A stretch of 64,000 nt of DNA. Origin: a virus. The notes under the pieces are model-generated. The model was not told the origin of the DNA. It was given only the letters and a program-made list of their open reading frames with translations, and made no database searches. The stretch covers positions 11,537 to 75,536 of IMG/VR virus record IMGVR_UViG_3300017605_000678, one strand, 5' to 3'. Both the position numbers and the translations under genes were made by a program. The first letter of the stretch is position 1. Each line of letters starts with the position of its first letter. Below are positions 52,288 through 61,323 of the stretch, one piece after another.

Positions 52288-53213
52288 ATATTCATGGTGA
52301 TCGTTGGCCAGTCTGCTCCGACTTCGCCCGCTTGGGCTTCACTGCCGATCCGGTAGGCAATGCCAGCCCGCTGCAGGGCCGGGGGCGTGCCGTTGCGCAT
52401 GAGCGCGCGCGGGAAGGAGAGCCGGAGCAGCTGGCCGGCGGCCGGAGTGACGTCGAACTGTTGGGCGCGCTCGATCAGGTTGCGCGCGTCTCCGGCCACG
52501 CGGTCGCCCTCGGCGCTCGTGTCCCCCATCCACTCCGAAACCTCGGCCGAAAACTGGGCGCCGCCCGCGGGCGCGTGACGCGTCGGAGCGGAGTCCTCCC
52601 CAAACTGTTTGAACTGGGTCCGGGCCACGATCGAGAGGGCCAGCTCGTACGCGCGATCCATGGCCGCTCCGTTGTAAAGCGCCGAGGATTTCCAGCCGGC
52701 AGCCGGCGCTCCGTCCGGCGTGACCGTCGCCGCCACCGCGCCGCTCGTGTCGAGGCGCCCGGCGGAAAACTCCATTTTGAACGTGACGATCCCGCGTGCG
52801 CGGATCGTGAGGTCGAGCCGCTGGGCCAGCAGCCCGCGCAGTACCCAGGTCGGCCCGGAGGGCGCGAACGTCACGGAGAGAATCAGCGAGCGGCGCGCCG
52901 CCCCGGGGCGGGCGAAAGTGTAGTTGGGTGAGACGCCGCTCCGGGCCAGGAGGCTGGACAGCAAGAGCGCCGTTGCCTCGCCCTGGGCCCATTCCGCCTC
53001 GAGCGAGGCCTCGAACCAGCGCGCGGCATAGGCCTCGCCGTCTTGACCGCGCCATGCTCCGGTCCTGGGCGTCGTCGCTTCCAGCCTGGGGCTTACCACG
53101 AGGCCGGTCTTGCCGGGGAACGCGTAAGCCGGGCCAGTGCCGGCGCCCAGGAAAGCGCTCTCCGCCTGGACCACGACCGCGGTCCCGATGCCTTCATTGA
53201 TTCCAAGGCTCAT
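52284..53213 (-). CDS. Tail-tube-like protein
   Basis: ~310-aa beta-rich two-lobe pattern (.E..F, Y.F, G......L.I...G, L.L..P) resembling siphovirus tube proteins. Confidence 0.5.
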   Translation of the reverse strand: MSLGINEGIGTAVVVQAESAFLGAGTGPAYAFPGKTGLVVSPRLEATTPRTGAWRGQDGEAYAARWFEASLEAEWAQGEATALLLSSLLARSGVSPNYTFARPGAARRSLILSVTFAPSGPTWVLRGLLAQRLDLTIRARGIVTFKMEFSAGRLDTSGAVAATVTPDGAPAAGWKSSALYNGAAMDRAYELALSIVARTQFKQFGEDSAPTRHAPAGGAQFSAEVSEWMGDTSAEGDRVAGDARNLIERAQQFDVTPAAGQLLRLSFPRALMRNGTPPALQRAGIAYRIGSEAQAGEVGADWPTITMNI

Positions 53214-53401
53214 GCTTTGCCGTGCAACGCACGCCAGCAGGGGTGACAAACGAGCGCCGGTTCGGAGGCCACGGAGGAGAGCCGCACGACGTGGGCCGTT
53301 GCCGGCTCAAACGCGCAGGAACAGCGGGCGCACAAGGCGAATCTGGGCTGCTGCTGCTTCCAACCGAGCCAGCCCCGCACGACGTAGATCACAAAGCCCA
53401 T
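53210..53401 (-). CDS. Small zinc-finger protein
   Basis: CARC...VCHPCW. Confidence 0.4.
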   Translation of the reverse strand: MGFVIYVVRGWLGWKQQQPRFALCARCSCAFEPATAHVVRLSSVASEPALVCHPCWRALHGKA

Positions 53402-54123
53402 TTTGGCTGAAAGTAGGTGTTGTAAAGCGCCGCCACTTCGACGGCCGACCGCTTGGCCGAGTAGATAACGACCTCGTGTAGATAGCCAGAAAAGTTTGCG
53501 CCGACGGCCGCCGCGATCCGATCCAGTGTCACGGAGAAGGTCGCCACCGTGAAGGTCCCGCGCGAAGTCGCGCCCTCGTAAAAGTCGGCATTGTTGCTCG
53601 CGCCGTTGTCGATCGCCAGCCCCGCGCACATCGGGGTCGAGGAGGAGGCGCTAAACTGGTTACAGATCGCCGTGTCGTTGCCGGCGTCCGTGATCCGATA
53701 CTTCACTTCCAGGAGCGTGCCAAGGTCCAAGCGGAAATCGCCGTTGCCCCCGGAGTTTTTCAAGATCCCGAGCGTGCCCTGTCCGATCGCCGTGTTCTTG
53801 AGGACCGCCAGGATGGTCAGCGCGGTCGCTCCGGAAATGGCCGTGAAGTTTAGCTCATCGTCCGTTCCGTCGAACAGCACGCCGCGCAGCCCGTTCTGGA
53901 TTCCCGTCTTGACCAGAGGCTGCAGGCCTCCAGTCGCCTGATTGGCGTGGGCCGCGCTGGCGCTTCGATCCGTCCATTTGTTCGACCCGTTGTCGATCGC
54001 CGTGTTGTCGGCATAACTCAGGAACGAAGCATCCCACCAGCGGATCAGTCCGCTGTAACTCGTCGGCGTCACGCCGGCGCCAGAGGCAGCCATGAACGCC
54101 AGATCGCGAGGGCAAAGATTCAT
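53389..54123 (-). CDS. LamG/concanavalin-like tail-associated protein
   Basis: L..WWDAS, W.DRS, QP......NG...V.FDG.DD, F.G...EV.IY, Y...KW. Confidence 0.8.
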   Translation of the reverse strand: MNLCPRDLAFMAASGAGVTPTSYSGLIRWWDASFLSYADNTAIDNGSNKWTDRSASAAHANQATGGLQPLVKTGIQNGLRGVLFDGTDDELNFTAISGATALTILAVLKNTAIGQGTLGILKNSGGNGDFRLDLGTLLEVKYRITDAGNDTAICNQFSASSSTPMCAGLAIDNGASNNADFYEGATSRGTFTVATFSVTLDRIAAAVGANFSGYLHEVVIYSAKRSAVEVAALYNTYFQPKWAL

Positions 54124-54950
54124 TTCAAGCGGAGGATGCAGTTTTTGCAGATGTCGAGCAAGGCCACGCCGCGGCGCAGGTTCTCGCGCACGGTCCGGAA
54201 GCGCTGGCCGCGCCAAATCTCCTCGAGGTTTTTGTCGCGGATGTTTCCGAATTTGTTCGCGTGAAAGTAATCACAGCAGCAAAGCAACACGTCGCCGTTG
54301 CGGTCGATCGTGATCGCGCCCTCGGGCGCCCGGCAGCTCTTGACCTTGAATTCCTTCTCCACTTTCACGAGACCGGCCCGGTTCCATAGCCCGACCTTGC
54401 GCTGTACTTCCATGATGTCCATCACCGTGATGTGCCGAGGCCAGCGCCGGCGCAGCGCCTCGATCCGCTCATCCCAGCCGGGCTTTACCGGAACGTGCCG
54501 CGTCACGTAGAACGCCACAACTCCGGCCTCGAGCAAGTCCTCAGCGAGCGCGGCAGTGAGCGCGTCGCCGTTCGTCGTGATCCGCGGCAAACAATCGGGA
54601 GCCGCCTGCTTCACCCTCCGAACCTTTTCAGGCAGGGACGGATCCAGGAGCGGCTCGTTGTAAAAAATGAAATCGACGATCCCGTGCCAGCGCAGCTCGG
54701 TCAACCGCTTCAAAGCCAGCTCGAACACGTCCGGCGCCATGAACTCGCGCGGCGTCGCGTGATCCGTGTTCGGGCAGTACGTGCACGTCCGGTTGCAGAA
54801 CACGGAGATCTCCATTGTCACGGACAGAAAGAAGAACCGATCGCCGTAGCGGAGCCAGTTGCTTGCCTGCTGGTAGGACACGCGCAGCCGGTCTCGCACG
54901 AGTTTCGGCAGGAAGGGTTTGACCGCTTGAAAGAGCGTTGCGCGGTTCAT
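54120..54950 (-). CDS. Radical SAM protein with SPASM/twitch domain
   Basis: CNRTCTYC, NEPLL, TTNG, C..P...I...G.V.LCC.D...GNI...L.EIW...C..C. Confidence 0.9.
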   Translation of the reverse strand: MNRATLFQAVKPFLPKLVRDRLRVSYQQASNWLRYGDRFFFLSVTMEISVFCNRTCTYCPNTDHATPREFMAPDVFELALKRLTELRWHGIVDFIFYNEPLLDPSLPEKVRRVKQAAPDCLPRITTNGDALTAALAEDLLEAGVVAFYVTRHVPVKPGWDERIEALRRRWPRHITVMDIMEVQRKVGLWNRAGLVKVEKEFKVKSCRAPEGAITIDRNGDVLLCCCDYFHANKFGNIRDKNLEEIWRGQRFRTVRENLRRGVALLDICKNCILRLK

Positions 54951-55063
54951 TGGCCGAGGCGTTGCAGCAGTTTTGAGAAGATCCACATCCCGCCCCATGC
55001 GACGTAATAGGCCGCGACCATCCAGAGAGCAACCTTGCCAAGGATCTTAAGGACCGGCTTCAT
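54947..55063 (-). CDS. Small membrane protein
   Basis: MKPVLKILGKVALWMVAAYYVAWGGMWIFSKLL; coupled on both sides. Confidence 0.45.
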   Translation of the reverse strand: MKPVLKILGKVALWMVAAYYVAWGGMWIFSKLLQRLGQ

Positions 55064-55407
55064 GTTCTGGCCCTCCAGCGCTGGGCCCGCCACCGGGGCG
55101 CCGATCGGAAGTCGAAGCGCCGGAAGACCAGGATCGCCGGCGTGAGCGCGCGCTGCGCCAGATCGCGGATTCGTCCCAGGGCCGCCTTCGTCGCCTCGCG
55201 GTCGCGCCGATCGCGATCCTCGTCTTCGCTCGGGCTGCGCCACAAGCTGGCGTTGAACTCCCACGCGTTGAGGTTTGAAATGAAACTTGGCGCGCTCGTC
55301 GTGCTCGTCCGGATGTGCTGCGAGGCGCCGCAATTCCAGCAGCGATCCTCGTCGTCCCAGGTTGAGGTTCCCGGCCAGCCGTTGCTCGCTTGGATCGCCA
55401 TGCCCAT
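55060..55407 (-). CDS. Hypothetical protein
   Basis: Coupled ORF with CWNCG. Confidence 0.4.
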   Translation of the reverse strand: MGMAIQASNGWPGTSTWDDEDRCWNCGASQHIRTSTTSAPSFISNLNAWEFNASLWRSPSEDEDRDRRDREATKAALGRIRDLAQRALTPAILVFRRFDFRSAPRWRAQRWRART

Positions 55408-55452
55408 ACGGAATAATTTAGAGAATAATTGCCGGCCGCTTTGCCGATGTAA

Positions 55453-56349
55453 TTAGGCTTCAACCGCCCAGACCGCAACAACGTCGGAATCATTTGTCCC
55501 GAAACAGGTCAACGACAGCACGCCGGTCTTGTTCGCCGCGATGCTCGCCGGCGCCGTGTTGTTCAGCCATTTCCAGGTCCCCGGCCACGTTAGATTGCGC
55601 GTCGTGCCGTCGCACACGATCCGGATCGACTGCTGCCGGCCGGCCGCGCGGTTCGACGTCGAAAAAGTGGCATTCGCCGCTAGCGTGTTGATCGAGCGCA
55701 GGCCCTCGAGCAGAAAGTCGATCGTGATCGAGGAGCCGCTGGCGAGCGTCGCGTGAGTGAACTCGTAATTTTTCGCGATCGTCCGGCCCGCCAGTGTCAA
55801 AGTCTTCGCCGTGTTGTCCCAGAGCAGGTCCGCCGAGCTTGTCGCGTCGGCGCCGGCGCCAGCCCCATAAAGAATCTGCCCGAGGGTCGCGCCGTAGCCT
55901 GGGCGCGTGATCAGGGCGAACTTCAGGTTGGCATGGTCCCAGACCAGGATCTTGGCGTCGTCGCCTGAGACGAATCGAACCTTCTTGACGAGCCCACGCG
56001 GCAAGACCGTCTTGTCGCTCTGGTCCGTGCGGTAAATCTCGAACGCCTGGGCTGTTTCAAGTTTGCTGTCCGTCGCCGTGACCACCGTTGAAGACGTGAA
56101 GGCCGAGATCTGGGCCGTGGCGCCGTCGGCAAACCGGACCGTGGCGCCGACGTCGTCGGACGTGAAGATCGCGCCATTGGCCCGCAGCTGGTTCCCGGCC
56201 ACGCCGGCCACGCCCGAGTCTTGGCTGCAAGTCAGCCCGTGCGCCGGGTTGAACCAGTTGGCAATATGTTTCCAGTTGCCATTGAAAATAGCGTTCAGGT
56301 CGCCGACGCCGCTCGGGTGATTCTCAAGATCGCAGTAGGGGAATAGCAT
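55453..56349 (-). CDS. Tail fibre / adaptor protein
   Basis: After the central tail protein; C-terminal IRIVCDGTTRNLTWP..WKW...P fibre domain. Confidence 0.7.
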   Translation of the reverse strand: MLFPYCDLENHPSGVGDLNAIFNGNWKHIANWFNPAHGLTCSQDSGVAGVAGNQLRANGAIFTSDDVGATVRFADGATAQISAFTSSTVVTATDSKLETAQAFEIYRTDQSDKTVLPRGLVKKVRFVSGDDAKILVWDHANLKFALITRPGYGATLGQILYGAGAGADATSSADLLWDNTAKTLTLAGRTIAKNYEFTHATLASGSSITIDFLLEGLRSINTLAANATFSTSNRAAGRQQSIRIVCDGTTRNLTWPGTWKWLNNTAPASIAANKTGVLSLTCFGTNDSDVVAVWAVEA

Positions 56350-56352
56350 AGG

Positions 56353-59289
56353 TCAAGGCACGTAAATAACGCAGTCATCCACACTTTCAAGGTTGTTCTC
56401 CAACGGGATGATCCGGATCTGTTTCCAAATGCCGGTAAAATTTGTGAAGGCCCGGCTTTTCGGGATGCCGGTGATCGTTAGTACTCCACTGTCCGGGTTG
56501 TCGTCGTCTCCAGGAGTGAAGGCTCCGGCCACGCCGAGCGCTCCGAAAGCATAAGTGAATCCGGCGCCGTCCGGAAGGTTCACGGTCGGATCGCGCGTGC
56601 GGATCTGCCAGGAGGAAATCTGCGCCGCGTCGCCGGCCTGGGTAAGGAATTGGAACAGACCCAGGCTCGGGCCAGTCTCGGCGCCCCGGTCGAAGAAACG
56701 GATCCGCACTTGCACGGTCCAGGTCGAGCCCGCGTCCGTGAGGCTGCGAAACTCGGGCGCCAACGGCGAATTTGTCAGCCGCCGAAACCGCGTGTCGTCC
56801 GGCACTCCGACATCGTCGATCGCGCCGGGGTATTTGATCTGAGTGTGATGGATGAAGAAATCCGCGCCGCCCTCCAGGTTGACGGTCTGCTGGCCGGCCG
56901 TCGCGAAGGCCCGCCACTTCACGATCTGATTCGTCGAAATGGCCGAGCCAGCCGCGGCGAAGGCAGCCGGCAGCCGCTGCACGAAAAAAATCCGCTGCCC
57001 GATCGAGATCGGTCGGACGTAGCTTCCGAACCGGCCGCGCACAATGTTCCGCGCTCTGTAAAGGTTGCTCGAAACTTTGGTCACTTTGCCGACCTGGATC
57101 AGCTCCTCTGCCGTCACGAGGAACGGGCCCAAGTCATCAATGATCGTCTCCAGGTCCTCCGATTCCTTGTCCACGAGCGAGAAGGCCGAAAGGATCCCGG
57201 CCTCGTCATCGGCGTTGAACAGGCTGAAGAGCAGCCCCGTTGCCGAGCGGTCCCACGGCTCGACCGACAGAAAGTCCGCCTGGGCCGTTGCCGCGGAAGC
57301 GAACTCTGAGATCTGAAACTCGTCGTGATACGTCGAGGCGACCGCCCATAGCAAGTGAAGCGAGCTAAAGTACGGAGCCGGCTTTTCGCCGAAGATCCAA
57401 ACGTGCCCGATCGGGCTCGGCAAGTAGCGGCGGTAAAGCGCGGGCACTTCCATCACCATCGCCGGCGTGCTCCCAGGCGTCGGAGGCTCGCCGTTCCACA
57501 GCGTGACGTCGTCGTCCGGCAAGTCCGGGATCCGCTCCCAGGGATGCTCGATCGGGATCGTGGGCGGGAACTCATGCCCGGGCACGCCGATCAAAACCTG
57601 ATCCTCCAGGGCCGTGATTTTGATCGAGTCTTGGTCACTGTCGGAGTCCTCGACCTTCGTGACCATGGCAAAGACCGTGCTGTCCGTGTCGTACTCGTCC
57701 CAGAGCAGCCGGAAGACGTCGCCGACCTCAAGTTGGGAATGGAAGCGGTTGACCTCAAACTCGAAAGCCGCCATGGGGTAGGATTTCTCCGACAGAATCC
57801 GGAACGCCTGCCGGCGGGCCGTGTTGAAGTCCCCGAAGGCCGACAGCTGGATCCGAGACGTGGTGATCCGGCCGACCATGGCCCAGTTGCCCGGCGCCCG
57901 AACGTGCACAGCGTCCGTGCGAAAGTTTTTCCGGCGATTGACAAACTCCGCGCGCACTTCGTTGACCGTCGAGTGCCAGAGCGGCCGCGTCACCGTCAAT
58001 TCCTTCAGGTCGGCTCGCGTGAGCGTCTGGATGTGGCCGTGCGTCGTCGGCAGGTCCAGCAGGCAGCGAAGTTTCAGGAACTCGCCATCCCACAAGGCCA
58101 CGGTCTTGACGTGCAACCGGATCCCGTCCATGACCGCGGACACTTTGTCCGGAGTGTCAAGCGTGAGCGACATCCCGATATTGCGCGCGTAAAAGTACTG
58201 GCTCACGTAGGTCCAGCTTGGTTCATCGACGATCGCCGGGTCCAGGCCGGCGCCCCACACATCGTTAGTCAGCGCCTCGTAAAGGATCGCCGCCGGGTTG
58301 GCCATGAAGTAACCCGGCTTGGTCGGGTCCGCGCTGCCGCGCACTTTGAAGCCAACGATCGGCGTGCCGTTGGGCCGGAGCATGTGATAGTCCAGGTCAT
58401 GAACCGGGAAGCGGCGCAGGACGAAGTGGTACGATTTTGGCTGAGGGAAGCGGCCGATCTTGAAATCGCAGAAGACCGCCCAACAAATGTTTCGGTAGTT
58501 CATCCCCGTGAACTCGGTCACTTTGTCGAACTGGCTCAGGATGTCGGTCGTCGTGTTGTTCGAGACGAAGATCGTTCCGACCGCGTTGGACGAGGCGCCG
58601 AACGGGATGAAGTTGACCGACGTGCGCAGCTCGATCCGGTAGAGATAGCCTCGGCGCAAATGGCCGGCCGAAAGGACGGTCCCAAACTGGTAAGGGTCGG
58701 CAGCCGGCACGCGGACTTGCGTTGCATTCCCACGATACACGCGAGCCAGTCCGGATTCAGATCCGCCGGCGGTCTGCGGGTCGAGCGAGTCCAGGGTCAG
58801 CTCTTTAAAGTCGTCGGGCGGCCCATAGAGCACAGCAGCCGGATTGCTGCCCATCATTTTGCGTTCGCCAGGAGTGCCGAACACTTGGACGATCTCGTCA
58901 ATCGGCCCCATGCAAAGCCCGTACTCGAACGACAGGAAATAGTCGAAACCGATCGTCGAAGTGGGCGGAGCGTCGCCGCCCTTGCCGGCCGAACGGCCAG
59001 CGACGCGCACACTCCGGAAGTGATTGGCGTCGTAATTCATAAAGTTTCCGACCACGCGCTGCTCGCCGAAGATGACCGGGAGCGGCACGCCGGAGGCCGC
59101 GGTCGCCGCCTGAAAATCCTGGGCGCGCTGCTGGCCTTGGCTGGATCCTTTGGGGCTTGCGAAGAGGCCGATCGCGCCGCCGGCGATCAGCAGGGCGCCG
59201 GAAATAATGGCGCCTGGGTTTCCGCCTGAGAAAGCGATCAGCGCGATGCCCAGGGCAATGGATGCTCCGCTTCCTACTTTGGCGCTCAT
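56353..59289 (-). CDS. Central tail / baseplate (tip attachment J-like, Phage-tail_3) protein
   Basis: G.P.PV.FG..RV.GN, GLC.GPI, ANPA.I.YE.LT...WG.G, N.V...F, LEVGDV. Confidence 0.88.
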   Translation of the reverse strand: MSAKVGSGASIALGIALIAFSGGNPGAIISGALLIAGGAIGLFASPKGSSQGQQRAQDFQAATAASGVPLPVIFGEQRVVGNFMNYDANHFRSVRVAGRSAGKGGDAPPTSTIGFDYFLSFEYGLCMGPIDEIVQVFGTPGERKMMGSNPAAVLYGPPDDFKELTLDSLDPQTAGGSESGLARVYRGNATQVRVPAADPYQFGTVLSAGHLRRGYLYRIELRTSVNFIPFGASSNAVGTIFVSNNTTTDILSQFDKVTEFTGMNYRNICWAVFCDFKIGRFPQPKSYHFVLRRFPVHDLDYHMLRPNGTPIVGFKVRGSADPTKPGYFMANPAAILYEALTNDVWGAGLDPAIVDEPSWTYVSQYFYARNIGMSLTLDTPDKVSAVMDGIRLHVKTVALWDGEFLKLRCLLDLPTTHGHIQTLTRADLKELTVTRPLWHSTVNEVRAEFVNRRKNFRTDAVHVRAPGNWAMVGRITTSRIQLSAFGDFNTARRQAFRILSEKSYPMAAFEFEVNRFHSQLEVGDVFRLLWDEYDTDSTVFAMVTKVEDSDSDQDSIKITALEDQVLIGVPGHEFPPTIPIEHPWERIPDLPDDDVTLWNGEPPTPGSTPAMVMEVPALYRRYLPSPIGHVWIFGEKPAPYFSSLHLLWAVASTYHDEFQISEFASAATAQADFLSVEPWDRSATGLLFSLFNADDEAGILSAFSLVDKESEDLETIIDDLGPFLVTAEELIQVGKVTKVSSNLYRARNIVRGRFGSYVRPISIGQRIFFVQRLPAAFAAAGSAISTNQIVKWRAFATAGQQTVNLEGGADFFIHHTQIKYPGAIDDVGVPDDTRFRRLTNSPLAPEFRSLTDAGSTWTVQVRIRFFDRGAETGPSLGLFQFLTQAGDAAQISSWQIRTRDPTVNLPDGAGFTYAFGALGVAGAFTPGDDDNPDSGVLTITGIPKSRAFTNFTGIWKQIRIIPLENNLESVDDCVIYVP

Positions 59290-59765
59290 CTGCTTGGGAG
59301 TGTCGCTTGTTCTGGGCGCACGAGAAAGCCCAATTCACGGAGGCGCACGGCGCCGGCAAGTTCCTTGTGCCAGAGCACGAGATCAGACTCGGTCACGCAC
59401 CGGCCGGAAAGCGAGTGCCAAACTTTGTCGCCGACAATGATCCCGCAGTGAGCGGAGCGCCGGCCCGTGGTGAGGACAACGACGTCGCCGAACTCCCACG
59501 GCCCAGGCGCCGGGATCCAGTCGCCGCGAACGCACTTCAGGATCATTTCCTGTAGCGCGCTGCTCTCTTTCCACATCCCGGCCGTCGTGTCGTAGCCTCC
59601 GAAACTGGCCCCAGGAACGACCCCTGTCTCCTCGAGCACAGCGTGCACGAGTCGAATACAATCGACGCCCACGCCGCGCTCGCAGAGTCGATTGTGGTGG
59701 GGCGTTCCGCGCCAGCGCTCAAGCGCTTGGCGCAGCAGCTGGCGCCGTGCTTCGTCCCAGATCAT
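59286..59765 (-). CDS. NlpC/P60 tail-associated peptidase
   Basis: W.GTP......G.GVDC, GDV, HCGI, H. Confidence 0.85.
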   Translation of the reverse strand: MIWDEARRQLLRQALERWRGTPHHNRLCERGVGVDCIRLVHAVLEETGVVPGASFGGYDTTAGMWKESSALQEMILKCVRGDWIPAPGPWEFGDVVVLTTGRRSAHCGIIVGDKVWHSLSGRCVTESDLVLWHKELAGAVRLRELGFLVRPEQATLPSR

Positions 59766-60673
59766 AGGTTGATCCCGTCCACGGCCGGGTTATTGACCGG
59801 GATGTAGGGGTGCCCGCCGAAGTTTGGGAGGTTGCTGAAAAGAACGTCGCACGTCCGCTTAATGTGAAGGCAGCCGCAATCGACGTTGACGGTCTGGCCC
59901 GGCTGCATGCCGCGCGCCATCCATTCCATGTAAAGCCGCACTCCGCCGGTGATGACCGTACACGCTAACACGCCCATGTCTTCGCCGGCGGCCGTGCGCA
60001 CGGTTCCGCCCTCGAAAGTTTCTTGTGTGACCGTCACGGCCCGCGGCGGAGTGTCCACGTTGATCGAGGAGACCGGAACCTCGACGAAGCGCCCTGGATA
60101 ATTCACAGCGGACAAAGAGACCGACACGGTGAACAAGTCGCGGTTCGCCTTGCAGTGCGGCCCATAGAGGATGTGATTGCACACGGGCTGGTAGTTGAAG
60201 CGCGGAACGACCCGATCCTCGCGGAGGATCCGTTGCACGCACGCCGCGGCGATCGTGACGTCGTCAAAGGAGAGGCTGTCCGCGATCCCGCTGAACACGT
60301 TGCGCAGGGCGTCGGCGTACTCCACGGGCCCAGGCAGGAGCGAGGAGGCCACGCGCCAGATGTCCACGTCGATCTCTTTGGGGCTGACCGTGAGGAAATA
60401 CTTGCGCAGCTGCTGATCGATCGCCCCCAGGCGCACGGTCGCGCCGCGCTCGTCACTGTCCACGCTCTCGACGATCCGACTATGGGCCACCGGGGCGGCC
60501 GTGAAGATCTGGTTGGAACTCATTTTTGCCGGCGGGCCGTTGCCGACGAAAAGGTCCTTGTCTAGCGACGTGTAAAAGAAGGCAGACGCGCCGTAGGCGA
60601 AGCGGTAAACGTATGCGCGCTTGGATTCCTGGAGCCGCTCCTCGGAACGAAAGGCCGCGGGCTGTGTCTTCAT
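59762..60673 (-). CDS. DUF2163 / BR0599-family baseplate hub protein
   Basis: Q..C.H.LY...C, GC......C...F.N..NFGG.PYIP..NP. Confidence 0.88.
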   Translation of the reverse strand: MKTQPAAFRSEERLQESKRAYVYRFAYGASAFFYTSLDKDLFVGNGPPAKMSSNQIFTAAPVAHSRIVESVDSDERGATVRLGAIDQQLRKYFLTVSPKEIDVDIWRVASSLLPGPVEYADALRNVFSGIADSLSFDDVTIAAACVQRILREDRVVPRFNYQPVCNHILYGPHCKANRDLFTVSVSLSAVNYPGRFVEVPVSSINVDTPPRAVTVTQETFEGGTVRTAAGEDMGVLACTVITGGVRLYMEWMARGMQPGQTVNVDCGCLHIKRTCDVLFSNLPNFGGHPYIPVNNPAVDGINL

Positions 60674-61323
60674 GCGATATCGGTCTCTGGCGTCGAGGTC
60701 AAAACCTGAGTGAAGTTTAACTCCGCCGTGGCATTGCCTGGGCCGGAGTAATTGAGCACGAGGTCATCATCCCCGAACCGAACCTTGTGCGCAAAGCCAA
60801 CGATCGATCCGTCCCCCGGGACAAGCTGGGCGTGCAACTCTTGGTTCGTGTCCAACCAATCGTAGTCGCCGACGGCGGTCGCGCTCACGCCCACGACTTC
60901 CGACACGCTCAAGATGCCCGCGGGCGAGAGCACGAAGACGAAGCGCCCGAGCCGGCCCGGGTCCCCGAGGGCAGGCTTGAAGTTGTTGGCATAGTCGCAC
61001 CAATCGATTACGACGTTGTTAACTCCGACCGGCGTCGTGATCGAGTTTGTCGCTCCGTTCGACAGGTCACTTTGCCAGCTGGGCACCAGGAACGCGCCCC
61101 AGCGGCCCGCGCGCGCCTCGTGGAACGCCTGCAGCTGGGCAATTTGTGTTCCACGTAGAACATACGTGAACCCCAGGACGTGGATCGCGTCCTTTCCGGG
61201 GAATCCGGCATAGCGGCGCGCCTGTCCGAACTCAGTCCGCGAATTGAGCCGGCCGGCGGCCGTGCGGAACTCGGACGAGAAGTCCGGGCGCAGATCCAAA
61301 ACTTCCAGGCCTCCGGCTGTCAT
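60670..61323 (-). CDS. Distal-tail-like protein
   Basis: ATG 61323; F..AR.GR..AF.VPSW..D, RF..D.L. Confidence 0.65.
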   Translation of the reverse strand: MTAGGLEVLDLRPDFSSEFRTAAGRLNSRTEFGQARRYAGFPGKDAIHVLGFTYVLRGTQIAQLQAFHEARAGRWGAFLVPSWQSDLSNGATNSITTPVGVNNVVIDWCDYANNFKPALGDPGRLGRFVFVLSPAGILSVSEVVGVSATAVGDYDWLDTNQELHAQLVPGDGSIVGFAHKVRFGDDDLVLNYSGPGNATAELNFTQVLTSTPETDIA

